A stretch of 64,000 nucleotides of DNA from Christensenella sp. UBA6880 (GCA_002449145.1 DKCG01000023.1:237-64236), one strand, 5' to 3'. Shown: positions 52,319 to 62,691, numbered from the stretch's first letter. Translations and numbers: made by a program. Notes: a model not told the origin generated them from the letters alone.

Positions 52319-53014
52319 TTACATCAAATCGTCTTTGTTGACGGTTTTTTTGATTTTTTCGAGGGCTTTTTTCTCGATTCGTGAAACGTACGAGCGTGAA
52401 ATATTGAATTTTTTTGCAACTTCGCGCTGGGTGAGCGCGCCCGTGTTTTCAAGTCCGTAGCGCAGTTTGATTATCTGATACTCTCTTTCGTCAAGCGCGG
52501 AGTTGGTGATTTGCGACAGTTTTTCCATCATTATCGAGTTTTCCACGTCCTCGATGACGTTCTGGTCGGATTCGAGCATATCCATAATCACGAGTTCGTT
52601 GCCGTCCTTGTCAACGCCTATGGGTTCGTTGAGCGACACGTTCGAGCGGTGCTTTTTGCTCGTGCGCATAGTCATAAGGATTTCGTTTTCGATACAGCGC
52701 GAAGCGTAGGTGGCAAGGGAAGTGCCTTTGTCGCTTTTGAAACTCTCGATTGCTTTCATAAGTCCTATCGAGCCTATGGATATAAGTTCGTCGTTGTCGC
52801 CGTAGTTGGCGTATTTTTTTGCGATATGCGCCACGAGGCGAAGATTGTGCTTTACGAGGATTTCCTTTGCATCCTTGTCGCCGTTCGCGCTTTTTTTGAG
52901 GTATTCTTGCTCCTTTTCTTTGGACAACGGCTTTGGAAAAGAACTCTTTTCCGTCATATAGGAAGAAAATATGATAAGATTTTTCAAAAGAGTCAGCAAG
53001 TTTTCCAAAGCCAT
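52319..53014 (-). CDS. sigK: Sporulation sigma factor SigK (pro-sigma-K), uninterrupted
   Basis: 231 aa from ATG 53014 (RBS GGAGGA); SSFPKPLSKEKEQEYL, HNLRLVAHIAKKY, ATYASRCIENEILM, close to B. subtilis SigK; no intervening (skin-like) element. Confidence 0.85.
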   Translation of the reverse strand: MALENLLTLLKNLIIFSSYMTEKSSFPKPLSKEKEQEYLKKSANGDKDAKEILVKHNLRLVAHIAKKYANYGDNDELISIGSIGLMKAIESFKSDKGTSLATYASRCIENEILMTMRTSKKHRSNVSLNEPIGVDKDGNELVIMDMLESDQNVIEDVENSIMMEKLSQITNSALDEREYQIIKLRYGLENTGALTQREVAKKFNISRSYVSRIEKKALEKIKKTVNKDDLM

Positions 53015-53113
53015 TAAAGTCCTCCGAGTTGTATATTTTATGGCGCAGGCTTGCAAAAATTGACAATTATCGACAAAGCGTAAAAAACATTTTGTCAAAA
53101 CGAACTCGAAGTG

Positions 53114-53142
53114 TTGACAATGCGGCGATTTGGCATTATAAT
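53114..53142 (+). promoter_or_regulatory. Consensus sigma-A promoter of the FAD-protein gene
   Basis: TTGACA, 17 nt, TATAAT. Confidence 0.7.
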
Positions 53143-53249
53143 CCAACAGGTCGCGGGGGTGCAAAACTTTTCGCGACGGAAAAAACGAGGCGTAAAATAA
53201 TAAATTATTTTATACGTTCGTTTGAAAAATACGACATTCAGAGGTTGAA

Positions 53250-54659
53250 ATGAGAAAATACGATATTTGTATCGTCGGTGCAGGCCCAGCGGGAATCTTT
53301 ACCGCAATCGAACTTTTGCGCAACGGAAGCAAGAAAAAAATGTGCATAATCGAAAAAGGACAACCTGTCGAAAAGCGCGTATGTCCAAAGACGTTCGGCG
53401 GCGAGTGCCGCAACTGCAAGCCCTATTGCCATATTACGACGGGTTTTTCGGGCGCGGGCGCGTTTTCGGACGGTAAACTTTCTCTTTCATACGAAGTCGG
53501 CGGCGAACTTCCGCAACTCATCGGCGCGGATAAGGCGCAGGAACTCATCGATTACACCGACAAGATATATCTCGAATTCGGCGCGGACGAGCATATCGAA
53601 GGTCTCGGAAACGAGCAAAAAGTCAAGGAAATCCGCAGAAAAGCGATTCAGGCAGGCTTGAAACTCGTAGATTGCCCCATTCGACACCTCGGCACGGAAA
53701 AAGCGCACGATTTGTACCTTGCAATCGAAAACTATTTGAGAGATAACGGCGTCGATCTCATTTTCGCAAGGCAATGCGACAACATCATTCTCGAAGGCGA
53801 CGAGTGCAAAGGCGTGTATATCGAGGACAGCAAGGGCGGCAACAAAGAGGAAATCTTTGCGGACAAAACCATTATCGCAACGGGCAGACGCGGCGCGGAC
53901 TGGCTTGAAAAGATGTGTGCCGAACACAACATCGCGCACGCCCCGGGCGTCGTCGACATCGGCGTGAGAGTCGAAGTGCGCAACGAGATTATGGAAGAAG
54001 TCAACGACGTGCTTTACGAGTCCAAACTCATCGGTTATCCCGAACCGTTCAAGAACAAAGTGCGCATTTTCTGCCAAAACCCAGGCGGATTCGTGTCGCA
54101 AGAGAACTACGACAACGATTTGGCAGTCGTCAACGGACACAGTTACAAGGAAAAGAAAAGCGATAATACGAACCTTGCGATTCTTTGCTCGCATTCCTTC
54201 ACAGAGCCGTTCAAAGAGCCTATAGCGTACGCACAGCGCGTGGGCGAACTCACGAATATGCTCGGCGCAGGCAAGATTATGGTGCAACGCTACGGCGATA
54301 TATTGAGCGGAAAGCGTACTTGGCAAAGGGAACTCGGCTTCTCGAACGTCCGTCCCACGCTCAAAGACGCGGTTGCGGGCGACATCACCGCGGGTATGCC
54401 GTACAGAGCAATGCTCAACATCATCAACTTCATTCAAGCGGTGGATAAGGTCGTTCCCGGTTTTGCAGGTTATGAAACGTTGCTCTACAGTCCCGAACTC
54501 AAATTTTACAGCAACAAAATCAAAATGGACGACAAACTCAACACATCCATTCACGGTTTGCATTGCCTCGGCGACAGCAGCGGTTGGACGAGAGGTCTTA
54601 TGATGGCTTCGGTTATGGGCGTATATATGGCGCGCAACATACTCGAGTCCGAAAAATAA
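53250..54659 (+). CDS. FAD-dependent oxidoreductase-like protein (COG2509-type)
   Basis: 469 aa; N-terminal dinucleotide fold ICIVGAGPAGIF; C-terminal GDSSGWTRG motif. Confidence 0.82.
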   Translation: MRKYDICIVGAGPAGIFTAIELLRNGSKKKMCIIEKGQPVEKRVCPKTFGGECRNCKPYCHITTGFSGAGAFSDGKLSLSYEVGGELPQLIGADKAQELIDYTDKIYLEFGADEHIEGLGNEQKVKEIRRKAIQAGLKLVDCPIRHLGTEKAHDLYLAIENYLRDNGVDLIFARQCDNIILEGDECKGVYIEDSKGGNKEEIFADKTIIATGRRGADWLEKMCAEHNIAHAPGVVDIGVRVEVRNEIMEEVNDVLYESKLIGYPEPFKNKVRIFCQNPGGFVSQENYDNDLAVVNGHSYKEKKSDNTNLAILCSHSFTEPFKEPIAYAQRVGELTNMLGAGKIMVQRYGDILSGKRTWQRELGFSNVRPTLKDAVAGDITAGMPYRAMLNIINFIQAVDKVVPGFAGYETLLYSPELKFYSNKIKMDDKLNTSIHGLHCLGDSSGWTRGLMMASVMGVYMARNILESEK

Positions 54660-54748
54660 CGTATGACAATTTAATAATAGTAAATAAACCGCCAGAGTGA
54701 ATTTTTGATAGGTTTTTTTGGTTTCCCGATTTAAAGGGTTGGCAGTGA

Positions 54749-54780
54749 AGCGAACGTCGATTGGCGTTCGTTTTTCTTTT
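54749..54780 (+). terminator. Intrinsic terminator
   Basis: GCGAACG-TCGATTGG-CGTTCG followed by TTTTTCTTTT. Confidence 0.65.
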
Positions 54781-54828
54781 ACATAAATTTACAAGCAAAC
54801 GAATTTTCTTTTTGCTCAACATAGAAGT

Positions 54829-56016
54829 ATGCAGAATGAAGACAAACAAAAGTATATCGAAACGCAAAGAAGGGTGTTTTTGGCAATAACGCTGATTTTG
54901 CTGTTTTGCGCTTTTTGTGCATTGATTTGCAATATGAGCGTTCTAAAAAACATCGAAATCAAGAATACATTTGTCGAAAATCAAGCGGTTTTGCACGACA
55001 ATTCGTTTTTTGACAAAATGCAGACTTGCGCAAATAGCGACAAGAATTACGTCAGAATAGGCGGCAAACCTATTGGCATAAGTATTCGGGCGCAAGGTCT
55101 TATCGTTGCGGCAAAAGGAAGTGTAACAACACAAAACGGCGACGTATATCCGCTTGAAAAATCGCAAATAGATAGGGGCGACGTGCTTCTTTCGCTCAAC
55201 GGCGAAAAGGTGGATTCGCTCTACAAACTCAAAAAAACGTTATCCGAACTTACGAATCCGAGAATCACTTTTCAATATTTGCACGGCAACGTAATCAAAA
55301 AAGATACCGCCGTTCTGGCAAAGGACAAAGCGGACGGAAAGTATAAACTCGGTCTTGCGCTCAAAGAGGACGTCGGAGGCGTTGGCACGTTGACATTCGT
55401 CACGCAAGACGGCAAGTTTGCCGCACTCGGACATAAAATCTCCGACGCAGACACGGGGCTTGAAAAGGAACTCAACGAAGGCAAGATATACAACGCAACC
55501 GTCAGCGGCGTCGAAAAAGGGGAAAGAGGCAAAGCGGGCGGCTTGATTGCGGACGTAAACAGACTTTCAAAGAGTATAGGCGAGATTTGCGACAACACCG
55601 AAATAGGTTTGTACGGCAAATATACCGCGACTGCCGACGGCGATTTGTATAGAATTGCCGCAAAAGGCGAAGCAAGAGTGGGCAAGGCGCAAGTTTTGAC
55701 CACCGTTGACGGGTCGTCGCCCAAGTTCTACGACGTGGAAATAGTCAAAGTCGTGTCGCAAAGCGAAGCGGCTGAAAAGGGTATGGTCGTCAAGGTGAGC
55801 GACAAGGAACTTATCGCAAAAACGGGCGGAATCGTGCAAGGTATGAGCGGAAGTCCCATCGTGCAAGACGGCATTTTGATAGGTGCGATAACCCACGTTT
55901 TCGTGCAAGATCCGACGAGAGGCTACGCCGTTCATTCGAGATTTATGTTTGAAAAGGCGCAAAGTATAGAGTGTTTCGGCGATTTGCGAATCGAAGACTT
56001 CAAGTTGGTTGCATAA
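54829..56016 (+). CDS. spoIVB: SpoIVB signalling serine peptidase (S55)
   Basis: 395 aa; N-terminal TM, PDZ region (GDVLLSLNGEKV), S55 catalytic region GTLTF...GHKI...QGMSGSPIV. Confidence 0.9.
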   Translation: MQNEDKQKYIETQRRVFLAITLILLFCAFCALICNMSVLKNIEIKNTFVENQAVLHDNSFFDKMQTCANSDKNYVRIGGKPIGISIRAQGLIVAAKGSVTTQNGDVYPLEKSQIDRGDVLLSLNGEKVDSLYKLKKTLSELTNPRITFQYLHGNVIKKDTAVLAKDKADGKYKLGLALKEDVGGVGTLTFVTQDGKFAALGHKISDADTGLEKELNEGKIYNATVSGVEKGERGKAGGLIADVNRLSKSIGEICDNTEIGLYGKYTATADGDLYRIAAKGEARVGKAQVLTTVDGSSPKFYDVEIVKVVSQSEAAEKGMVVKVSDKELIAKTGGIVQGMSGSPIVQDGILIGAITHVFVQDPTRGYAVHSRFMFEKAQSIECFGDLRIEDFKLVA

Positions 56017-56311
56017 CGTTTGAAACGATTGCGCAAACGGTTATAAATCCGTTGCGTAAAGTGAATATTAATCAAGCGGTTATATATAAAATCGTTGAAT
56101 AAAGCGATTTGAAAAAGCGATTGAATAAAGAGGTTTACTCGTTGCACTCGTGCGACGTATAAATATAGGGTGGATTTATCCGCCCGTCTTGCTTTTTTAG
56201 CCCGTAACGGCTGCTGTCGTTTCGGGTGTTTTTTGTTGCTATTTGATAAAACGATTTGTTTTCGATGTTCTAACGCACTATATTGCGAAAATGCGCCGTT
56301 AAGTTTGCGTT

Positions 56312-56647
56312 CTATTTTATCCGTTCGAGAGCGGTGAGAACGAACTGTTTGTTTGTGGGTTTGCCCTTGTTTTCGTCGAGAGTTTCGCCAAATTCCGTAT
56401 AAAGCACGTCAACTTGTCCGCGCAAAAACGCCGCCGAAATTGCGTTTTGTATGTCTTTTTCCACGCTCGCTTTCGAGGCGGCAAAATCCGTAGACAGCGT
56501 CTCATAGCCTTTATACTTCAAGGGAAGTATGTCTTGTCCGTCAAGCGCGTAACATATGAGTTTTGCAAGCAGTCTGTACCCTTTGAGGTTGGGTTGAAAT
56601 CCGAGTTTCAAAAGATATTCTTTGGTTTTGATTTCGTTTTCTTTCAC
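56312..56647 (-). CDS. Stand-alone Spo0A C-terminal (DNA-binding) domain protein, no receiver domain
   Basis: 111 aa; alignable by eye to B. subtilis Spo0A residues about 155-260 (LKGY, ASKASVEKDIQNAISAAFLRG, FG...KGKPTNKQF). GTG start, no obvious SD, in-frame stop 4 codons upstream. Confidence 0.68.
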   Translation of the reverse strand: MKENEIKTKEYLLKLGFQPNLKGYRLLAKLICYALDGQDILPLKYKGYETLSTDFAASKASVEKDIQNAISAAFLRGQVDVLYTEFGETLDENKGKPTNKQFVLTALERIK

Positions 56648-56757
56648 AAGCGCATATTAGCATTTTTATCGTCGGTTTATTTGGCAAATTCCTACCAAAC
56701 GTCACGCAAAATTGCTTTTTTTGTCATATCGGCGTTTGCGCTTCATATGCTTTATAT

Positions 56758-57348
56758 ATGCGAGGCTCTCTCAGAACGAAGTCGATTATATCCGCTTTGA
56801 AAACTTTTGTTTCGGACAATAAAAAGGTTATTATTTGCGCGAGTATTATCTTCGTTTTGGGCATTACCGTCGGCATAATATCGGCGTTCAGGTCGGTGGG
56901 CGAAGACGGATTCGACAGAGTTGCGCGCGCGGATATGGAATTCGGCGCGGTGAAAGTGTTTTTCATATCATTGCTTGCGCTTGTGGGATGCTACGCCGTA
57001 TTTTTGCTTGCGGGAATCAACGACAAAACAGTGTTTTTGATCGTGATACCGTTTTTCGCGCTAGGTTTTGCGACGGGGTGGTATTCCGTCGCGCTGATAG
57101 GTAGATATGAAACGACGGGACTCGTCAACTTGCTTTTGATTTATCTGCCGTTTTTCCTCTGTACTTTTTGCTGTTTCGTGCTTTGCGCCACGGTTACGGT
57201 TGCGCCCGATTGCGGCTGCAAAAACGGCGGTCTCAAACCCTCGTTTGTCAACACGCTGAAGATTTTTGCGATAAACGTCGCGATTGCTTTCGTGCTGTTT
57301 GTCATCGTCGGTTCGATTTTCAAAGTTATCGTCGTCACGCTATATTAG
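56758..57348 (+). CDS. Polytopic membrane protein of unknown function
   Basis: 196 aa; 5-6 hydrophobic helices; lies among sporulation genes, but no family recognised with confidence. Confidence 0.5.
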   Translation: MRGSLRTKSIISALKTFVSDNKKVIICASIIFVLGITVGIISAFRSVGEDGFDRVARADMEFGAVKVFFISLLALVGCYAVFLLAGINDKTVFLIVIPFFALGFATGWYSVALIGRYETTGLVNLLLIYLPFFLCTFCCFVLCATVTVAPDCGCKNGGLKPSFVNTLKIFAINVAIAFVLFVIVGSIFKVIVVTLY

Positions 57349-57481
57349 ACCGAAAACCGTGCTTCTAACGCTGTTTGCGAGCGATTTTTCACTGAAAATC
57401 CGCCGTATTTTTGCGAATACAGCGCGTTTTTGCATACTTTTCGACTTTTTATACACGCTAACGAAAAGCGTGAGGTGAAAA

Positions 57482-58705
57482 ATGAAAAACAATACCTTTA
57501 ATACACAATCCGAAAAATACGGCGTGATTAAAAGCGTTTGCGCAATCCTGCTTTGCGTTATGCTGGTGTCCGCATTTGTTTTGGCGTCTGTATTTGCGAC
57601 GAATACGTCGGTATGCGAAGCCGCAACCGACTTCAAAACCGTCGGTAAATCCGCGTATATGGTGGATTACGCAACGGGCACGGTGCTTTACGCACGCAAC
57701 GAAAACGAAAGACTGCCTATTGCGAGTATGGTGAAGATTATGACGTCGCTTTTGACCCTCGAAGCGGTCGAAAGAGGGAATATATCCCTTGACGACGACG
57801 TGGAAATAAGCCAAAACTCGGCAAGTATGGGCGGCTCGCAAGTGTTTTTGGACGCGGGAACGACGCATAAGGCGGGTGAACTTCTCAAAACCGTTATCGT
57901 CGCTTCTGCAAACGACTCGTGCGTCGCGCTTGCCGAACACATATCGGGCAGCATCGAGAATTTCGTCGCGAAAATGAACGCGAGGGCAAAAGAACTCGGT
58001 ATGAACGACACGTCTTTCAAAAATTGTACCGGTTTGCCTGCCGCGGAAAGTTTTTCGAGCGCAAAGGACGTTTCGGTTATGTTCCGTCAACTCGTCAAGC
58101 ATAAAGAGTATTTCGAGTACGCGAAAATTTGGCTCGAAGACTACAAGCACCCCGACGGCAGAACCACGACAATAACCAACACCAATAAACTCGTGCGCTT
58201 CTATCAAGGTTGCGACGGCGGTAAAACGGGATTCACGAGCGAGGCGAAATTCTGCCTTTGCGCAACGGCTAAAAAGAGCGATATGCGCGTAGTGGCGGTC
58301 GTTATCGGCGCGGAAAGTTCAAAAGTCAGAAACGCCGCGATAAGTTCGATGTTCGACTATGCGTTTTCGAACTTCGCAAACGAAATTATGCTCAAATCGG
58401 GTGAAAATCTCGACGTAAGACTCGCCGTTTCGGGCGGCAAGAGCAAGAATATTGCGCTCGGTGTGGAACGCGACGTGGCAAGATTCGTAGCGCGCGACGA
58501 CAGTGCGAAATACGAAATCAAATTCGATTTGCCCTCGTCCGTCAAAGCACCCGTAAAGAAGGGCGACAAGGTCGGCGAAGCGTATCTGCTTAAAGACGGC
58601 GTGGTTATCGACAGAGTGGGCGTAGTCGCAAACGAGGACGTGGCAAGACTCAACTTGTTCGACGCAATCGGCGAAATCGCAAAGAACTGGTCAACCTCAA
58701 AATAA
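57482..58705 (+). CDS. D-alanyl-D-alanine carboxypeptidase (PBP5 family, S11)
   Basis: 407 aa; signal/anchor, SMVK (SxxK), SAND (SxN), KTGFT (KTG), PBP5 C-terminal domain; RBS GAGGTGAAAA. Confidence 0.9.
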   Translation: MKNNTFNTQSEKYGVIKSVCAILLCVMLVSAFVLASVFATNTSVCEAATDFKTVGKSAYMVDYATGTVLYARNENERLPIASMVKIMTSLLTLEAVERGNISLDDDVEISQNSASMGGSQVFLDAGTTHKAGELLKTVIVASANDSCVALAEHISGSIENFVAKMNARAKELGMNDTSFKNCTGLPAAESFSSAKDVSVMFRQLVKHKEYFEYAKIWLEDYKHPDGRTTTITNTNKLVRFYQGCDGGKTGFTSEAKFCLCATAKKSDMRVVAVVIGAESSKVRNAAISSMFDYAFSNFANEIMLKSGENLDVRLAVSGGKSKNIALGVERDVARFVARDDSAKYEIKFDLPSSVKAPVKKGDKVGEAYLLKDGVVIDRVGVVANEDVARLNLFDAIGEIAKNWSTSK

Positions 58706-58806
58706 ACGATTTGCAGAGCGTAGAGAAAGAATTAGTCGAAAAGCAAATTCAATCGATAACGATTGAAAATCTAAACTAAAATTGTTTTGACAAATAACAA
58801 AAGCTA

Positions 58807-58835
58807 CGAAAACCGCTTGTTTTAAGCGGTTTTCG
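58807..58835 (+). terminator. 12-bp hairpin after the carboxypeptidase gene
   Basis: CGAAAACCGCTT-GTTTT-AAGCGGTTTTCG; the U-run is inside the stem rather than after it. Confidence 0.5.
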
Positions 58836-58926
58836 GCGTGTGTGGCGCATTATTTCGATTTGTTTTGACTTTTTTGCGTGCGCGTGTTAATATCTATACG
58901 TTATTTATCTTATAAAAGGATTTCGT

Positions 58927-59868
58927 ATGCAAGAGGAAGTTTTGCAATCCGAATCCGTCGAAAACGAATCAGTTTCCGAATCCCAAAGTAATTCGGAAGC
59001 GACGGCAAACGAGCAGACCGTTTCGACGAATCAAAACGCCGCAAATGCGGAAATAATCGAGCCCGAGGCAATCGAGGGCGATTTTGTCGTTGCAAAACCC
59101 GAAATAGTCTACCATTTGAGCGACTTTGACGGGCCTATTCCTTTGCTTTACGAACTTATAAAGAGTGCGAAAATCGCAATCGAGGATATATTTATATCCG
59201 AAGTTACGAGCCAGTACGTCGAGATAATTCGCAATACGCCGAAAGAGGAACTCGACTTCGACTATGCGGGCGAGTTTATAACGATGGCGGCAGAACTCGT
59301 GTACCTCAAATCCATTCGCACGTTGCCAAAAGACGACGAGGAAATCACCGAGGACGACCCAGAATACGAGCGTCAACTGCTTATCAACAAAATCAAGGAA
59401 TACGCCTTGCTCGTCGAACAGAGCGACAAGTTGCGCGAAATCGAAACAATCAACCGTTTCTACCGCGCGCCCGTGTTTACGGACAAGGATTATCGAGTCG
59501 CACTCGTCAATTTTTCGCTTCCCAAACTCGTCGAAGCCTTTGCAAGAGTGCTTGCCAACGCCGCCATACACGAGCAAGAGATTATTCCGAAAAAGGTCGT
59601 CAAGGACAGATTTTCCGTGCACGAGCAAATGGAAAATATACGCCTTATGATAAGCGTACGCAAGCAGATGAAGTTTACCGATTTGTTCGAGCCGGACTAC
59701 GACAAGGGCGACATCGTGACGACGTTCCTTGCGGTGCTTGAACTTCTCAAATACGGCAGACTTCGCGCCGAGCAAGAGGAAGTTTTCGGCGAAATAACGA
59801 TATTTGCGATAGAAGGTACGGAAGACGTGCCGATTGACTTCGAGGAGGGTGACGATGGAAAATATTGA
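58927..59868 (+). CDS. scpA: Segregation and condensation protein A
   Basis: 313 aa; acidic N-extension then the ScpA kleisin core (FDGPIPLLYELIKSAKI...); followed by scpB. Confidence 0.9.
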   Translation: MQEEVLQSESVENESVSESQSNSEATANEQTVSTNQNAANAEIIEPEAIEGDFVVAKPEIVYHLSDFDGPIPLLYELIKSAKIAIEDIFISEVTSQYVEIIRNTPKEELDFDYAGEFITMAAELVYLKSIRTLPKDDEEITEDDPEYERQLLINKIKEYALLVEQSDKLREIETINRFYRAPVFTDKDYRVALVNFSLPKLVEAFARVLANAAIHEQEIIPKKVVKDRFSVHEQMENIRLMISVRKQMKFTDLFEPDYDKGDIVTTFLAVLELLKYGRLRAEQEEVFGEITIFAIEGTEDVPIDFEEGDDGKY

Positions 59869-60544
59869 AAACGTTGTCGAGGCTATTATTTTTGCAAGCG
59901 GTTCGGCGATACTCAAAAGCGACATTTGCGAAAAAGTGCCTGAACTCACCACGCAAAAACTCAATTCTATCATCAAGTCTTTGCAAAAACGATACAGCAA
60001 CGATTCGGGTATCGTGCTTTTGGAATTTAACGGAAAGGTTCAGTTTTCCTCGAATCCGAAGTACGGCGACACCGTCGCGGACGTGCTGACGCCGTTGCGT
60101 GAAAAGGAACTCACCAAAACGCTTCTCGAAGTGCTTGCAACAATCGCGTACAAACAGCCGATAACTCGTCTTGAAATCGACGAAATGAGAAGCAACAAAA
60201 ACTCGGAATACGCTCTCACCGGACTTTTGAAAGCGGGACTTATCGAGGCGGTCGGAAGAAAGGAAACCGTCGGTCGTCCGCTTCTTTACGGCACGACGGA
60301 CGAGTTTTTGAAGAAATTTCAAATCGAAAACATTGACGAATTGCCCGACTACGACGAAGTGCTTGAAAAACTTATGCTTATCAATGCGCCTTCGCAAGAA
60401 ACGCTTTTCCACAATCGCACCATTATGGACGAAGACGAAGTGGACAACGAAACTCTTTCGCTTGCGGCGGCTGCCGACGTTGACGAGGAGGAGGAAGAAA
60501 TCCCCGAATTTTTGGAAGGCGAACAATTTGAAGTGTTCGATTGA
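59855..60544 (+). CDS. scpB: Segregation and condensation protein B
   Basis: Starts MENIENVVEAIIFASG; winged-helix repeats, GRPLLYGTT motif; ATG 59855 behind GAGGAGGG (the ORF track starts at 59834). Confidence 0.92.
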   Translation: MENIENVVEAIIFASGSAILKSDICEKVPELTTQKLNSIIKSLQKRYSNDSGIVLLEFNGKVQFSSNPKYGDTVADVLTPLREKELTKTLLEVLATIAYKQPITRLEIDEMRSNKNSEYALTGLLKAGLIEAVGRKETVGRPLLYGTTDEFLKKFQIENIDELPDYDEVLEKLMLINAPSQETLFHNRTIMDEDEVDNETLSLAAAADVDEEEEEIPEFLEGEQFEVFD

Positions 60545-60592
60545 CAAAATCCTTTCGGCAATCTAATTGCAAAACATCGAAAAATCAATCTT

Positions 60593-60633
60593 ATACAAAA
60601 CGGCTTGTTTATTGGAAACAAGCCGTTTTGTAT
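60593..60633 (+). terminator. Strong intrinsic terminator after scpB
   Basis: 18-bp perfect stem ATACAAAACGGCTTGTTT-ATTGG-AAACAAGCCGTTTTGTAT followed by ATTTCTT. Confidence 0.8.
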
Positions 60634-60789
60634 ATTTCTTATAATGTTTAACCGTTTACGGTTATCCCGCGTTTTATGTCCTTTTTAACTTTGTAACGAC
60701 TTTTCGATAACTTTTTCGACGATTTCTTAAGTTTTTTTCTATCGCTTTTCGTTGTACATAAAAAGAAAGATAATACGCAAAATAGATTT

Positions 60790-61272
60790 ATGGCGGTTGC
60801 TGTCGTATTGATTTGCGCGCAAGCGTTGCTCATCGCACTCATATTTCCCGTAAAACTGTCTTGTTTGGTGCATTTTTCGCTTGCAAGCGAAGCGTTGAAC
60901 GTGCAATTCAAATTTGCGGGCATATCGATTGCGAGAATCAAGGTTTGCGTGCGAGAAGGTCTTAAAGTGCAAATAAACGGCAAGACGCTCAAAAATTTCG
61001 ACAACGGCGTAAGCGTGACCCAAATTGGCAAAATCGCGCGTTTCTTGTTTGAAAACGGGATTGTCGATATAAACGGCTTGATTGCCTACGTCGGTGCAAA
61101 CGACGCAAAAAACGGCGCGATACTGTGCGCGCTCGTACAGATGTTGCCGATTTTTGCAAAAACGGTGATTCAGGACGAAAGCAAAGACAGATTCGACGCA
61201 GAGTGCGGAATAAGAATAAGGATAAACGCCGTTCAAGTTGCAAGAGCGATTGCAATCGGCAAGGGAAGGTAA
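60790..61272 (+). CDS. YtfI-like (DUF2953) sporulation protein
   Basis: 160 aa; N-terminal TM then beta-rich region; assignment rests mainly on the position directly upstream of ytfJ. Confidence 0.6.
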   Translation: MAVAVVLICAQALLIALIFPVKLSCLVHFSLASEALNVQFKFAGISIARIKVCVREGLKVQINGKTLKNFDNGVSVTQIGKIARFLFENGIVDINGLIAYVGANDAKNGAILCALVQMLPIFAKTVIQDESKDRFDAECGIRIRINAVQVARAIAIGKGR

Positions 61273-61273
61273 T

Positions 61274-61609
61274 ATGCAAAGTTTTGAAGAAATATTGCGA
61301 CAAACTATAGACAGTTTGAAAAAGTCGGCAGAATTTAACGAGATTGTCGGAAAGCCTATCGTAAACGGCGACGGCACGCTCGTTTTGCCCGTGAGCAAAA
61401 TCAGCGTGGGTTTCGTCGCGGGCGGTGCGGACTACGAGAGCGAAAAGAAAGTGAAATCGCCCGTAGGCATAAGCGGCGGTGGGGTGAGCGTAACCCCGAT
61501 TGGCTTTCTCGTCTGCGGCGCGCAAAAGAAATTCGTGAGGGTAGACGGCGAAGAAAACAAGTGGCTCGAACTTCTCAAGAGCGTTGCCAACGTTATGAAA
61601 AAGGATTGA
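61274..61609 (+). CDS. ytfJ: Sporulation protein YtfJ (GerW family)
   Basis: 111 aa from ATG 61274; IVGKPIVNGDGTLVLPVSKISVGFVAGG...GGGVSVTPIGFLV, typical of YtfJ. Confidence 0.88.
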   Translation: MQSFEEILRQTIDSLKKSAEFNEIVGKPIVNGDGTLVLPVSKISVGFVAGGADYESEKKVKSPVGISGGGVSVTPIGFLVCGAQKKFVRVDGEENKWLELLKSVANVMKKD

Positions 61610-61623
61610 AAAGGGGGAAGAAT

Positions 61624-62691
61624 ATGGACGATTTTTCAAAAAAAGCGGTCGTTATGGCGATTGCTGTCGTGTGTTTGACGATTGCAATAATTTCTTCTTT
61701 TTCGATAGGAAACGTCGTTTATCCTATCAAAAGTATTCTAAAAAACGACAAAAACGAGAATTATATTAGCAAAAACATCGAAGAAAACGCGCAAAATGCG
61801 ATTGACGATGAAATTTTGCAAACGGTGAAAAGAGGCGCGAGCGGCGCGGTGTGTATCGAGGCGTCGTCAAGGCGCGTTTTGTACGAGGACGGAAAAGATG
61901 AGGTGTGCTACCCTGCAAGTACGACCAAAGTTTTGACGGCGCTGATTGCACTCGAACGTTTGCCGCTCGACAATATCGTAACCGTGCCCGAAATTGCGGA
62001 AGGTGTGGAAGGCTCGTCCATATATCTGAAAGCAGGCGATACGATAACCGTTGAAGATTTGCTTTTCGGTCTTATGCTCAGAAGCGGGAACGACGCCGCG
62101 GTTACGCTTGCAACGGAAGTTGCGGGCGGTATAGACGAGTTTGCCTCGCTTATGAACGAAAAAGCGGTCGTACTCGGTGCGCATAACTCGCATTTTGTAA
62201 ATCCGCACGGGCTTCACGACGAAAACCACTATACGACGGCGTACGATTTGGCACTTATTTGCGCGACGGCATACGAAAATCCCGATTTCGTGCGTATCGT
62301 CGGCACTAAACAGAGAAAAATCGAAGTGAGCGGCGAGGCGAGATATATTGCTAACAAAAACAAACTTTTGAAACTTTTTGAGGGCGCAAACGGCGTGAAA
62401 ACCGGCTTCACCAAAAAGAGCGGCAGATGTCTCGTGGGCGGCGCAAAAAGAGGGGATATGCAACTTATAACCGTTGTGTTGAATCACGGCGATATGTGGA
62501 ACGATACGGTTAGAATATTGAATTTCGGCTTTGGCAACTACGAGATGATACCGCTTGACAACGCACTTTTGACAAACGGAAGCAACGTCGTAAAAGTCAA
62601 AGTCAATCAAACCGTAACGCCGAACTGGCAAAACGTCAAATATCCGCTCAAAAAGGACGGAAGCGAAAAACTCATCGTGGAATTCGTTTAA
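61624..62691 (+). CDS. D-alanyl-D-alanine carboxypeptidase (S11, DacF-like)
   Basis: 355 aa from ATG 61624 (RBS AAGGGGGAAG); STTK, SGND, KTGFT motifs. Confidence 0.88.
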   Translation: MDDFSKKAVVMAIAVVCLTIAIISSFSIGNVVYPIKSILKNDKNENYISKNIEENAQNAIDDEILQTVKRGASGAVCIEASSRRVLYEDGKDEVCYPASTTKVLTALIALERLPLDNIVTVPEIAEGVEGSSIYLKAGDTITVEDLLFGLMLRSGNDAAVTLATEVAGGIDEFASLMNEKAVVLGAHNSHFVNPHGLHDENHYTTAYDLALICATAYENPDFVRIVGTKQRKIEVSGEARYIANKNKLLKLFEGANGVKTGFTKKSGRCLVGGAKRGDMQLITVVLNHGDMWNDTVRILNFGFGNYEMIPLDNALLTNGSNVVKVKVNQTVTPNWQNVKYPLKKDGSEKLIVEFV

